Assembly: GCA_964493075.1 (NCBI GenBank)
Contig: CAZBNU010000005.1
Span: forward strand, 1,184 to 44,794
DNA from: an uncultured Nitrospirales bacterium
Lineage (GTDB): Bacteria > Hydrogenedentota > Hydrogenedentia > Hydrogenedentales > CAITNO01
Direction: 5' to 3'
Length of the DNA stretch: 43,611 nt
How positions within the stretch are numbered: position 1 is the first letter of the stretch; every line of letters begins with the position of its first letter. The position numbers were made by a program, and so were the translations under genes. This document shows positions 16,535 to 24,993 of the stretch, in pieces. A model generated the notes under the pieces. The model saw only the letters and a program-made list of their open reading frames with translations, ran no database searches and was not told where the DNA came from.

Positions 16535-16564
16535 ACTCTACTGAAAAAAACAGGGGAAAGTCAA
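16535..16564 (-). promoter_or_regulatory. sigma70-like promoter for tRNA-Leu
   Basis: Minus strand reads TTGACT (16564..16559) - 18 nt - TAGAGT (16540..16535), 14 nt upstream of the mature tRNA 5' end. Confidence 0.5.
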
Positions 16565-16688
16565 TTTTTTTATATGATGGATTGCGATTTGCTTGTTGTT
16601 TCAGAAAGGCTTGTGGCATACTTACCACCCGTGAGTTGTTATTCTGGACGTGTTTTTAGATATACCGGTGAAGGAGTCCAAATCGGAA

Positions 16689-17624
16689 ATGACCGATGGG
16701 CATAAGACCATAGAAGAACAAAAAAAAGAACGGGAGTTTGCCCGGGAAAACCGGAAACGTATAGTTCGTTTTGTGGTGGTTTTTGTGTGCATAGCTCTCG
16801 CCTTGTTGATTTCATATCGTTATGCACGGCATACAAGGGCGAATGATCGCTATCTGTTTGAGGCCGCCAGAGATACTGCCTGGGTGCTTGACAGGGTCGG
16901 CGATGCTGAGTTGGAGCCGTATACCTATGGCAAGAAGAACCCGCAGGAAATACGTGCTGAGAGGGCGGCATGGTTACAAGGGCGGGCTGAAGCCACGGCT
17001 GAAGAGATTGCAAGGGCTGATGCTTCTCCTCTGTCGGCCTGGGAGCGCTGGGCGCATAGGGCAATGGAGGCGCGGCGCAGCCCGAACCCCCGTGAGAACG
17101 GGCCACGGGTGCAGTTTGTTTTTCGCCACGGCATCTCATCCCGTATTTCCGTGCTGTCAGGCAGAGTAAATGAGATTGAGAGCAATCTTGAAATAAGTGC
17201 TGCAGAAAGAAAAGAGCGGTTAATGCCGCTTCAGGAAGAGTTGCAGCGATTGCGCGACGAGCAACGCGTTTTGCGTAGCCAGAAGGGTGGGCTTGATAAG
17301 GATGAAACCCTGGCGTTCTCCTTCATTCTTGTCCCCGAATGTGGTGCTATCGAAATTATGGCCATATTCCTGGCCGCTGTAATTGCGTTTCCGACTACAT
17401 GGCGGAAGCGTATGGTTGGCATTGTTGCAGGCGCTCCCATCATGTATGGCGTTAACATCTTTCGGTTGACAGTGCTTGCCATTGTGGGTGCGCTTGACCA
17501 GAGCAAAGGGCGCATCTGGTTTAGCTTTGCACATGAGTATGTGTGGCAGGCCGTCTATATTGTCTTTGTTGTGGCAGTGTGGCTGCTTTGGGTGGAGTAT
17601 GTGGTGAAAGGGAAGCGCACATGA
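16689..17624 (+). CDS. atypical exosortase/archaeosortase-core family protein with N-terminal membrane anchor and ~170-aa extracytoplasmic charged/coiled-coil-like insert
   Basis: ORF track gives 16650..17624 (GTG). The ATG at 16689 has GGAG 11 nt upstream. The C-terminal ~100 aa carry the family signature residues in order: FILVPECGAIE (Cys codon 17340..17342), NIFRL (Arg codon 17463..17465, 41 residues after the Cys) and AHEYVWQ (His codon 17532..17534), each embedded in hydrophobic helices. The N-terminus has RENRKR plus one TM helix (IVRFVVVFVCIALALLISY), then an Arg/Glu/Ala-rich soluble segment. Confidence 0.6.
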   Translation: MTDGHKTIEEQKKEREFARENRKRIVRFVVVFVCIALALLISYRYARHTRANDRYLFEAARDTAWVLDRVGDAELEPYTYGKKNPQEIRAERAAWLQGRAEATAEEIARADASPLSAWERWAHRAMEARRSPNPRENGPRVQFVFRHGISSRISVLSGRVNEIESNLEISAAERKERLMPLQEELQRLRDEQRVLRSQKGGLDKDETLAFSFILVPECGAIEIMAIFLAAVIAFPTTWRKRMVGIVAGAPIMYGVNIFRLTVLAIVGALDQSKGRIWFSFAHEYVWQAVYIVFVVAVWLLWVEYVVKGKRT

Positions 17625-18217
17625 ACAATGGAACGAGCAAATGGAGTGTGCCCATCTTTTGCGTAAAATTTATTGTTTTCGTTGTGGTGTTGGTTGTTCT
17701 GTGGTGGTGGCTTGTGTTGCCCACTTATGGGAAGTTGCTGCTTCAGGTGACAGGTATGCCCTTAAAATACCTGTTTAAGATGCCTATCGAATCGGGGGCT
17801 ATCATTGTGGACGGCGTTTTGAATACCAAGACAATTTTGGAATTTGTTGTGGATGGCCATCGACGTGGTATGCCCATTGCCCTGCTTGTTACCAACCTGC
17901 CGCCTTATGTTGCTCTCGTACTGGCGACTGCAGGCATCACACTGAAACGGCGTATTCTGATACTCTTCTACGGGTGCGGCATCCTCTGTTTTTTTCATGT
18001 GGCATTTATTATTTTGGCGTTGCGTTTGTCCAATGTAATGACGCCTGGCAGCGAAATCCCCACGGCGGTAGTCCAGTTCTTTTTGACTTTGCCTTTCATG
18101 TTGTGGATTGTCTTTGCCTATTGGGGAAAACTCACTGCGTTCTTTTCTGACAGCCCAGAGGCAGTGCCGCAGGACTCAAAGCCAGCAGATGATGCCACGG
18201 ACGTTTCTGGTTCTTGA
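17621..18217 (+). CDS. polytopic membrane protein of unknown function, translationally coupled to the exosortase-like gene
   Basis: ORF track gives 17543..18217. The in-frame ATG at 17621 overlaps the upstream stop (ATGA, 17621..17624). The 198-aa product (MNNGTSKWSVPIFCVKFIVFVVVLVVLWWWLVL...) has about 5 hydrophobic helices and an acidic C-terminal tail. No motif that I recognise. Confidence 0.6.
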   Translation: MNNGTSKWSVPIFCVKFIVFVVVLVVLWWWLVLPTYGKLLLQVTGMPLKYLFKMPIESGAIIVDGVLNTKTILEFVVDGHRRGMPIALLVTNLPPYVALVLATAGITLKRRILILFYGCGILCFFHVAFIILALRLSNVMTPGSEIPTAVVQFFLTLPFMLWIVFAYWGKLTAFFSDSPEAVPQDSKPADDATDVSGS

Positions 18218-18241
18218 AATCTCCCAGCGTAGGATCAGCGG

Positions 18242-20398
18242 TTATTGCCATACTTCGTCGCCGGGGCGGTATTCCACCTGTTTGTTTTTCATGAGTTCTT
18301 CGTAGTCGAGCCATACGGGCCGGAATTCTTCTTTTACAAAAAGGTGTGCCTGATCTGCATAGTGAGGGCTTTCGGCGTTTATGGTTGCGCTGCCATACTG
18401 GTGTATCGCGTTTGAGTGTACGGCGCCGTCGGCATCCCAAGTGACCATTACAATGAAACAGTCCCCGGCCACGGCACGCAGATACTCACCATTCCAGTGA
18501 CCGTAAATGCAACGCAAGGTGTCGGGACCGCCCGCGACCGGCAGACTTTCTTTACCCCTGATCAGGCGGTTGATTTCATGCCAGGGCACATCTACCCGTC
18601 CATATTTCTCCTTTAACTGGTGAGCGCGCTCCACAAATATTTCCCCAATGTCAGGGATGGGATTGCCGAACATTTGCGCCCGAATAACCGGCTCCATGGA
18701 AAGGACGGAAATGGCGGTTCCTGTGCTGTCCAGTTCTGCGGCACCGTCCCAATTGCGTAGTATTTCCAATGCTTCCTGAACAACGGGGTCATCGTCCTTG
18801 ATGGTGTCGAGAATCTGCTGCCTGAGTGTGGCGGCGGCAGATGCTTCAGAATAGCGCTTGTCGAGTTTGTAGGCATAAAACTCTTCTTCAGTGATGCTGT
18901 CATCGCCTCCGTAGAGTTCCAGTGCGCGCAGGGCACGGTTGGTCATAATGTCGGGATTTTCCACACCTAGGCTTTCTGGATAATCCGCTGGGTCGGGATT
19001 GTCATCGCCGGTGGTGGTGCGGAAAGGCGTAGAGTTACAGTTCTGGATAAAACCGCTGGCCGGATTTTTTACTTGAGGTAATTGCTCAAAGGGCAGATAT
19101 TCTGTCCAGAGTAGTTCGGAGGTATCGCCGGGAAGGTAGCCACGCCAGTCATACCGGTCGTCGCGAATAGGCAGCAAGGCATTGTAGAGGTACCAAATAT
19201 TTCCGGTTTTGTCGGCGTAGCCCACGTTGAAAGAGGGGATTGCACGGATACGCATGGCATTTTCAAATTCTTCAAAACTACGTGCTTTACCCATGCGGTA
19301 CCACTGCTCCACCTGCCGGATATCGCCATAGCCGGCAAAACGGATGGCATAGACCCCGTGTGGCCTGCGAATAACCGGACCGTGTACAGACCAGAGGGTT
19401 TCGCGTGGGATGGGGACGCGGAGGTTGCCCCACAGTTTGACCTCCATTACGGCTTTCCCTTTTTCCAGTTCCAGGTATTCGCCGTCGAAGAGATATTTAT
19501 CAGGATCGTCGGGATGCATTTCCAATACATAGATATCGCATAGGTCGGGTAGGTTTACCGTATGTGCCCAGCCCAGGTCCGGGTTGTGTCCATGAAGGAC
19601 GACTGGGCTTCCGGGAAACACGCCGCCGATAATGTCCATGCCTTCTTCACTCTTCATGCGGGCTTCATACCAGGCCACTGGTCCTTCGAAGGGCTGGTGT
19701 GAATTTACCGCCAGATGTGTTTTTCCGTCCGGGGTGCGACTGGGCGAAACGGCCATCGTGTTCGATCCAATAGGCAGTCCTTTGCTTAAGGTGCCGCCGG
19801 AACGTGCCTGCTCAGGACGTGATACTTCTTTTGTCCGTTCAGCACCCATGATTCCTTTTATCTGCCTTTCCATGCCAAAGAAAAATGGGGTGCGCATGGC
19901 GAAGCCCGTGACAATGTCTTTTCCTGTGGCTGGAAGCAGACTGGTATTCGCCTTTTCGGGATGCAACGCCATGTAGTGATTGAAGCCTTCTGCATAGGCC
20001 TCACAAATGGCGCGTGTCTCCGGCGAAAGCTGCTTTTCGTATTCCCGCTCCACAATATCACGAAAGCGGAAAAGATGATACAGATAGTCGAAGGGAACGC
20101 CGGAACGCCCTGCCATAGAGGCATATTTGCCCCGTCCCATTAGGAAGGTTGCCCAGCTGTTTTCGAAGTCATCCTCTATTTGCGCCCAGCCGAGGCCGTA
20201 TGCACAGTCTGCATCCGTTTTACCGTAAATGTGGGGGACGCCCCAGGTATCTCGGATAATGCGGACATCATATTTGCCCGGGGGCGGAATGAGGGATTTC
20301 AGGTCAACGGCGGGCGGTTCCTGGCAGCCGGAAATAAAAACGATGGTTACTGAAAAAACGACGGCCACTGCCAGCGTAGGGAAAAGTCTTTGTCTCAT
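18242..20398 (-). CDS. penicillin-acylase-family (peptidase S45, Ntn-hydrolase) lipoprotein; possibly an acyl-homoserine-lactone or beta-lactam acylase
   Basis: 718-aa ORF with a lipoprotein signal (MRQRLFPTLAVAVVFSVTIVFISGC). The autoprocessing/nucleophile site is GLPIGSNTMAVSPSRTPDGK. DTWGVPHIYG and NPDLGWAHT are typical of the family. Confidence 0.8.
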   Translation of the reverse strand: MRQRLFPTLAVAVVFSVTIVFISGCQEPPAVDLKSLIPPPGKYDVRIIRDTWGVPHIYGKTDADCAYGLGWAQIEDDFENSWATFLMGRGKYASMAGRSGVPFDYLYHLFRFRDIVEREYEKQLSPETRAICEAYAEGFNHYMALHPEKANTSLLPATGKDIVTGFAMRTPFFFGMERQIKGIMGAERTKEVSRPEQARSGGTLSKGLPIGSNTMAVSPSRTPDGKTHLAVNSHQPFEGPVAWYEARMKSEEGMDIIGGVFPGSPVVLHGHNPDLGWAHTVNLPDLCDIYVLEMHPDDPDKYLFDGEYLELEKGKAVMEVKLWGNLRVPIPRETLWSVHGPVIRRPHGVYAIRFAGYGDIRQVEQWYRMGKARSFEEFENAMRIRAIPSFNVGYADKTGNIWYLYNALLPIRDDRYDWRGYLPGDTSELLWTEYLPFEQLPQVKNPASGFIQNCNSTPFRTTTGDDNPDPADYPESLGVENPDIMTNRALRALELYGGDDSITEEEFYAYKLDKRYSEASAAATLRQQILDTIKDDDPVVQEALEILRNWDGAAELDSTGTAISVLSMEPVIRAQMFGNPIPDIGEIFVERAHQLKEKYGRVDVPWHEINRLIRGKESLPVAGGPDTLRCIYGHWNGEYLRAVAGDCFIVMVTWDADGAVHSNAIHQYGSATINAESPHYADQAHLFVKEEFRPVWLDYEELMKNKQVEYRPGDEVWQ

Positions 20399-20471
20399 TG
20401 GCTATCCACTTCCTTTATTATGAAGGTAAGAATCATCACATGTGCTTCAAGAGAAACCCTTTGCCTTCAGG

Positions 20472-20499
20472 TTGCATGCACCTCATAAGACCATAGAGT
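20472..20499 (+). promoter_or_regulatory. candidate sigma70-like promoter for ahcY
   Basis: TTGCAT (20472..20477) - 16 nt - TAGAGT (20494..20499). This would give a ~135-nt leader before the ATG at 20642. Confidence 0.35.
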
Positions 20500-20641
20500 C
20501 TTTCATAAAGTTTCAGGGTAGGGTTATCCTGTTGACCGGCGTAATTGCGGTTTTAAGGTACGGGTGGATACCGGGCTTACTGAACGGGTACAATACCTCA
20601 GGCGGCAAATCTTGTAACAACCAATTAAGGAGACTATTCAC

Positions 20642-22099
20642 ATGGCAGTTGCCTCAGTTATTATCCCCGACACAACAGAAACTCCCGCGTACAAAGTTGC
20701 AGATATGAGTCTGGCATCTTGGGGACGCATTGAGATAGAGATGGCCGAAAAGGAAATGCCCGGATTGATGGCGATACGGGAGCGCTATGCACCGCAGCAG
20801 CCGCTTAAAGGCGCCCTTGTAATGGGGTCGCTGCATATGACCATCCAGACGGCGGTATTGATTGAAACGCTGGTTGCCTTGGGCGCCGAGGTGCGCTGGG
20901 CCAGTTGCAATATCTTTTCCACACAGGACCATGCCGCCGCAGCTATTGCCGCCACCGGCGTTCCTGTGTTTGCGTGGAAGGGCGAGACACTGGAGGAATA
21001 CTGGTGGTGTACCTATCAGGCCATGCGTTTCCCCGGCGATCGGACGCTAAGCATGATTGTGGACGATGGGGGAGATGCTACCTTACTCATTCACCGCGGC
21101 TGCGCTCTGGAAAAGCATTTTGTGGAAACTGGCGAACTACTTCCCATTTGTCGTGATAACCACGAAATTGAGGTAGTGGACACTCTGTTGCATCGTATTC
21201 ATGGTGAAGACCCGGATTACTGGCATCGTGTGGCGGCAGGTTGGGTGGGTGTTTCCGAAGAGACTACCACGGGCGTGCATCGCCTGTATCATATGATGCG
21301 GGACGGCAGCCTTCTCACGCGCGCCATGAATGTGAACGACAGCGTCACCAAATCGAAGTTTGACAACCTCTATGGTTGCCGCGAATCCCTGGCGGACGGC
21401 ATCAAGCGTGCCACGGACATCATGGTTGCAGGTAAAGTGGTTGTGGTGGCAGGATATGGCGATGTGGGCAAGGGATGCGCTGATGCCATGCGTGGGCTGG
21501 GCGCCCGAGTAATAATCACTGAAATAGACCCCATTTGTGCGCTGCAGGCGGCCATGGAGGGGTATCAGGTTATGAAAATGAACGATGCAGCGGCTCTGGG
21601 TGACATTTTTGTTACCTCTACTGGGTGCTGTAATGTTATTACCATAGAACACATGGAAGCCATGAAAGATCAGGCTATTGTGTGCAATATCGGTCATTTT
21701 GATTCAGAAATCGACATGAATAGTTTGGAGAAGCGGTCTGATATTAGAGAAATCAATGTCAAGCCACAGGTAGATAAGTTTGTATTCCCAGATGGCAAGG
21801 AAATTATCATGCTGGCCCGTGGACGTCTGGTGAATCTGGGCTGCGCCACAGGGCACCCCTCGTTTGTTATGTCCAATTCCTTTACCAATCAGACCCTTGC
21901 ACAAATCGCACTGTATACGGAATCGGATAAATATGAAATTGGCAAGGTCTACACGCTGCCAAAGGCATTGGACGAAGAGGTGGCGCGGCTTCATCTTGGA
22001 AAGCTTGGGGTGGAGCTGGACACATTGACAGACGTACAGGCCAATTACCTGGGCGTGCCTGTTGAGGGTCCCTACAAACCCGATACCTATCGGTACTAA
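20642..22099 (+). CDS. ahcY: adenosylhomocysteinase
   Basis: 485-aa ORF with AAGGAG 9 nt upstream. Contains [13 protein letters not shown], the NAD-binding [14 protein letters not shown], and GHFDSEID. Length fits the long bacterial form. Confidence 0.95.
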   Translation: MAVASVIIPDTTETPAYKVADMSLASWGRIEIEMAEKEMPGLMAIRERYAPQQPLKGALVMGSLHMTIQTAVLIETLVALGAEVRWASCNIFSTQDHAAAAIAATGVPVFAWKGETLEEYWWCTYQAMRFPGDRTLSMIVDDGGDATLLIHRGCALEKHFVETGELLPICRDNHEIEVVDTLLHRIHGEDPDYWHRVAAGWVGVSEETTTGVHRLYHMMRDGSLLTRAMNVNDSVTKSKFDNLYGCRESLADGIKRATDIMVAGKVVVVAGYGDVGKGCADAMRGLGARVIITEIDPICALQAAMEGYQVMKMNDAAALGDIFVTSTGCCNVITIEHMEAMKDQAIVCNIGHFDSEIDMNSLEKRSDIREINVKPQVDKFVFPDGKEIIMLARGRLVNLGCATGHPSFVMSNSFTNQTLAQIALYTESDKYEIGKVYTLPKALDEEVARLHLGKLGVELDTLTDVQANYLGVPVEGPYKPDTYRY

Positions 22100-22109
22100 A
22101 CGCAATCGT
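22088..22109 (+). repeat. left copy of a perfect 22-bp direct repeat TATCGGTACTAAACGCAATCGT bracketing element copy B
   Basis: Identical to 22396..22417. It covers the last three codons (Y-R-Y), the TAA stop and 10 nt of 3' flank of ahcY. Confidence 0.9.
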
Positions 22110-22140
22110 ACTAATGCGGGCGTTGCCAGCAACAACCTGG

Positions 22141-22391
22141 AACAACTATGGATTATAAGCAAAAAATGGGGACTGCCCTTGGCGCATATGGGGGCTGCGA
22201 ATCACATGTTAGACTTGATGCGCCAGGGCTGTCCCCGCTTTTTTGCGGCTTTGACACACACGCCCGAAAAAATCGGGGACAGTTCCGTCGCCGGGCCTTT
22301 ACTGCGACAAACCGATCTCGCATAAAATCAGGCACCCATTATTCCCTTCGTAACTATTTGGAATTGCGACGGGAACAGTCCCCATTTTTTC
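22141..22391 (+). repeat. copy B of the ~250-bp inverted-repeat-rich (MITE-like) element
   Basis: Homologous to 853..1104. Terminal inverted repeat AAAAAATGGGGACTG (22161..22175) / CAGTCCCCATTTTTT (22376..22390). Inner motifs at 22226..22244 and 22267..22286. Sits between ahcY and cmk. Confidence 0.85.
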
Positions 22392-22395
22392 TTCG

Positions 22396-22417
22396 TATCG
22401 GTACTAAACGCAATCGT
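22396..22417 (+). repeat. right copy of the 22-bp direct repeat
   Basis: TATCGGTACTAAACGCAATCGT, identical to 22088..22109. It lies 4 nt after element copy B and 16 nt before the cmk ATG. Confidence 0.9.
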
Positions 22418-22433
22418 GCTATAACACTCCTTC

Positions 22434-23141
22434 ATGGCGGACGCAGTGAATACCAAGAGTCATAGCGGTGATAAAATAGTGGCAATTGACGGCCCTGCCG
22501 GCGCTGGGAAAAGCAGTGTGTCGCGTCGGGTTGCTTCGGAACTCGGACTTGCCTTCCTTGATACAGGGGCCATGTATCGGGCCGCTACTTGGCGTGCGTT
22601 GAAACTTGGTGTGCCGCTGGATGGGCCGGAGGCCCTGACACAATGTACTGCTGAAATGCGTCTTGAGATGACGGAGACGGATTCAGGGTTACTTGTTAGT
22701 GTGGATGGCGAGGACGTTTCCGAAGTAATCCGTACACCAGAGGTTACGCGCAACATTTACAGGCTTGACCAGGTGTCCGGGGTGCGCCGCCATCTTGTGG
22801 AACTACAGCGCATTTTTGGGTGTCGTCGCCCTACTGTGGCGGAAGGCCGTGATATTGGCACCGTAGTTTTTCCCGTAGCCCGGTGCAAGATTTATCTGGA
22901 TGCTTCACTGGAATGTCGTGCAAAAAGGCGTGCGCTTGAATTGGAGGCAAAAGGGATGCCCGTGGATTTTGAGGCGTTAGTCGAAGAGATTCGCGACCGT
23001 GATGAAAAGAGCATGACCCGTGCGGATTCTCCCCTTCGACGCGCCGATGATGCTGTTCTCGTGGATACCACCACTATGGACCAGGAGCAGGTTGTGGCAC
23101 GGCTGGTTGCCATGGCACGGGAACGTCTATGTCAGCAGTAA
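22434..23141 (+). CDS. cmk: cytidylate kinase
   Basis: P-loop IAIDGPAGAGKSS followed by LDTGAMYRA. The 235-aa length is typical of Cmk. Confidence 0.9.
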   Translation: MADAVNTKSHSGDKIVAIDGPAGAGKSSVSRRVASELGLAFLDTGAMYRAATWRALKLGVPLDGPEALTQCTAEMRLEMTETDSGLLVSVDGEDVSEVIRTPEVTRNIYRLDQVSGVRRHLVELQRIFGCRRPTVAEGRDIGTVVFPVARCKIYLDASLECRAKRRALELEAKGMPVDFEALVEEIRDRDEKSMTRADSPLRRADDAVLVDTTTMDQEQVVARLVAMARERLCQQ

Positions 23142-24835
23142 GCGCACAATACCACTGGGATTTTATCCCATTTGATGTTGGCCGTGCCGATGCCTTGGCG
23201 CAGGGCAGCGGTATTTCCCCTGTGCTGGCGCATTTGCTTTCATTGCGTGGTGTGGAAACACCCGAAGATGTTCGAGACTTTTTGTATCCCTCCCTGTCAC
23301 AATTGTCAAATCCCTTTGAACTGGACGGCATGCGTGCCGCTGTAGACAGAATTATTGAGGCAAAGGAGCGGAATGAGGCGGTTCTTGTTTTTGGGGATTA
23401 TGATGTTGATGGCATTGCCGCCGCTGCAATTCTGAAGCGAGGGCTTGATCGGTTTGGCATACGGCGGGTGGTCTGCGATATGCCGGATCGTTTCGCGGAG
23501 GGATATGGTCTCACGTCTGCCCGTGTGGAGACGGCAAAAGAAGAAGGATTTTCCCTGCTGATCACCGTGGACAACGGTATCAGCGCGCATGAGGCTGCAA
23601 GCCGTGCCCGCGAACTTGCCGTAGACCTTATTGTGACGGACCACCATTCTATTGAGGGTGATCTTCCGGATGCTGTCGCGGTGATCAATCCCAAGCGGGG
23701 TTCCAGCGACCATGTTGCAGCATTTATTTCGGGGGCTGGGGTGGCATTTAAGTTGGCATTGGCACTGAACGGATCGCCCAACGATTTGGACTTGGTGGCG
23801 TTGGGCACTGTTACTGATATTGTGCCGCTCCTCCGCGAAAACCGTGTTCTTGTTGCGCTGGGTCTTCAGCATATCAAGAAATACAGACGACTTGGAATAG
23901 AGGCGTTGGCCAAAGTGGCAAAATTTGATATTGCCGATATGGATGCTCATAAAATAGGCTTTCAACTGGGACCACGATTGAATGCAGCCGGACGTTTGAA
24001 CACGGGGCATGCCGCTCTTGAACTTCTTATGCTGGAGAGTAGTCAGGAAAATGAAGAACAGGCTGCTGCCCTGGCGGAAGCATTGAACAGTGCAAATGAA
24101 GAGCGACGTGCCATTGAACGTGATATTTATGACCAGGCAGTAGAAAGTCTTGACGCTTTTGTTACGGAAGAACAGCGTTCCATTGTGGTGGCAAACGGGG
24201 ACTGGCATCAGGGCGTTATCGGCATTGTTGCTTCCCGTCTCCAAAACAAGTACTGGCGGCCAGTGATTGTTTTTACCATGGGGGATGATGGTTGCTGGCA
24301 CGGTTCCGCACGCAGCGGCCCGGGCTTTAATATGGTGGAAGCACTAAACGGATGTTCGGATTTGTTGATTCGTTATGGCGGTCATGTTGCGGCGGCGGGC
24401 ATGTCCCTTGCCCCGGAACAGTTGGACAGTTTCCGGGAGCGTTTTGAAGCGGAGGCGTTGCATCAGTTGGGGCCGGGAAAACTTCAGCCATTACTCAATA
24501 TAGATGCGGTTGTGTCGTTTAGTCAGCTCGATGCGGCATTTGTGCGGAGTCTGGAGCAGTTGGAGCCTCATGGGCAGGCCAATCACGAACCCGTTTTTTG
24601 TGCTGTGGATGTGGATATTGTGCCCCAGTCGCTTCGCGTACTGAAAGAACAGCATTTGAAATTTACTGCGTTACAGGGAGATACCCGGTTAAGTGTGATT
24701 GCCTTCCGCATGGCGGAGCGATTTTATAAGGAATCTCTGCCGACAAAAGCGGATATTGTATTTACCCCACAGATGAACACTTACAACGATATTACTGAGG
24801 TGCAACTGGTGCTTAAAGATTTGCGTCAGGCGTAG
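23129..24835 (+). CDS. recJ: single-stranded-DNA-specific exonuclease RecJ
   Basis: DHH-family motifs GDYDVDGI, ITVDNGI and IVTDHH, plus the DHHA1 motif YGGHVAAAGMS. 568 aa. Overlaps the cmk 3' end by 13 nt. Confidence 0.9.
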   Translation: MSAVSAQYHWDFIPFDVGRADALAQGSGISPVLAHLLSLRGVETPEDVRDFLYPSLSQLSNPFELDGMRAAVDRIIEAKERNEAVLVFGDYDVDGIAAAAILKRGLDRFGIRRVVCDMPDRFAEGYGLTSARVETAKEEGFSLLITVDNGISAHEAASRARELAVDLIVTDHHSIEGDLPDAVAVINPKRGSSDHVAAFISGAGVAFKLALALNGSPNDLDLVALGTVTDIVPLLRENRVLVALGLQHIKKYRRLGIEALAKVAKFDIADMDAHKIGFQLGPRLNAAGRLNTGHAALELLMLESSQENEEQAAALAEALNSANEERRAIERDIYDQAVESLDAFVTEEQRSIVVANGDWHQGVIGIVASRLQNKYWRPVIVFTMGDDGCWHGSARSGPGFNMVEALNGCSDLLIRYGGHVAAAGMSLAPEQLDSFRERFEAEALHQLGPGKLQPLLNIDAVVSFSQLDAAFVRSLEQLEPHGQANHEPVFCAVDVDIVPQSLRVLKEQHLKFTALQGDTRLSVIAFRMAERFYKESLPTKADIVFTPQMNTYNDITEVQLVLKDLRQA

Positions 24836-24993
24836 TGGTAAAAGAAAGCGGGGGTCTGAAAATTTGCTATAGGAGGGTATAAACCGTTACCGTATAGCGG
24901 ATTACGGGAGCGTATCTCCCAATAAAAACGGGAAATCTGTGCGCCTTATTGTATATTAGGCGCTATCATGCACAACTATTAAAGGAATCTGAG

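Noticed and set aside
16639-17139. 166-aa minus-strand ORF opposite the N-terminal half of the exosortase-like gene
   Set aside because: Its product is Pro/Ser/Arg-rich with no motif. The plus-strand frame has an RBS, a positive-inside TM anchor and continuity into the catalytic core. The plus-strand N-terminal insert has no homology support I can cite, so this rejection is less certain than the others.
20500-20641. SAH riboswitch upstream of ahcY
   Set aside because: I looked for the conserved AGGAGCGCUGC ... CAGGCUC ... AACGGCGCUC core and its pseudoknot. Only trivial fragments (CAGGCGGCAA) are present. A covariance-model scan would be the decisive test.
22148-22465. Small ORFs running through the repeated element (22148..22465, 22062..22325 and 22153..22335 in copy B; 641..913 and 1036..1218 in copy A)
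   Set aside because: The two element copies differ by a 1-nt indel in the first A-run and by many substitutions. No reading frame is conserved between them: in copy A, the ATG equivalent to 22148 hits a stop after 23 codons.
23306-24301. 331-aa ORF antisense to recJ
   Set aside because: The plus-strand frame carries all DHH/DHHA1 motifs. The antisense product has no recognisable features.
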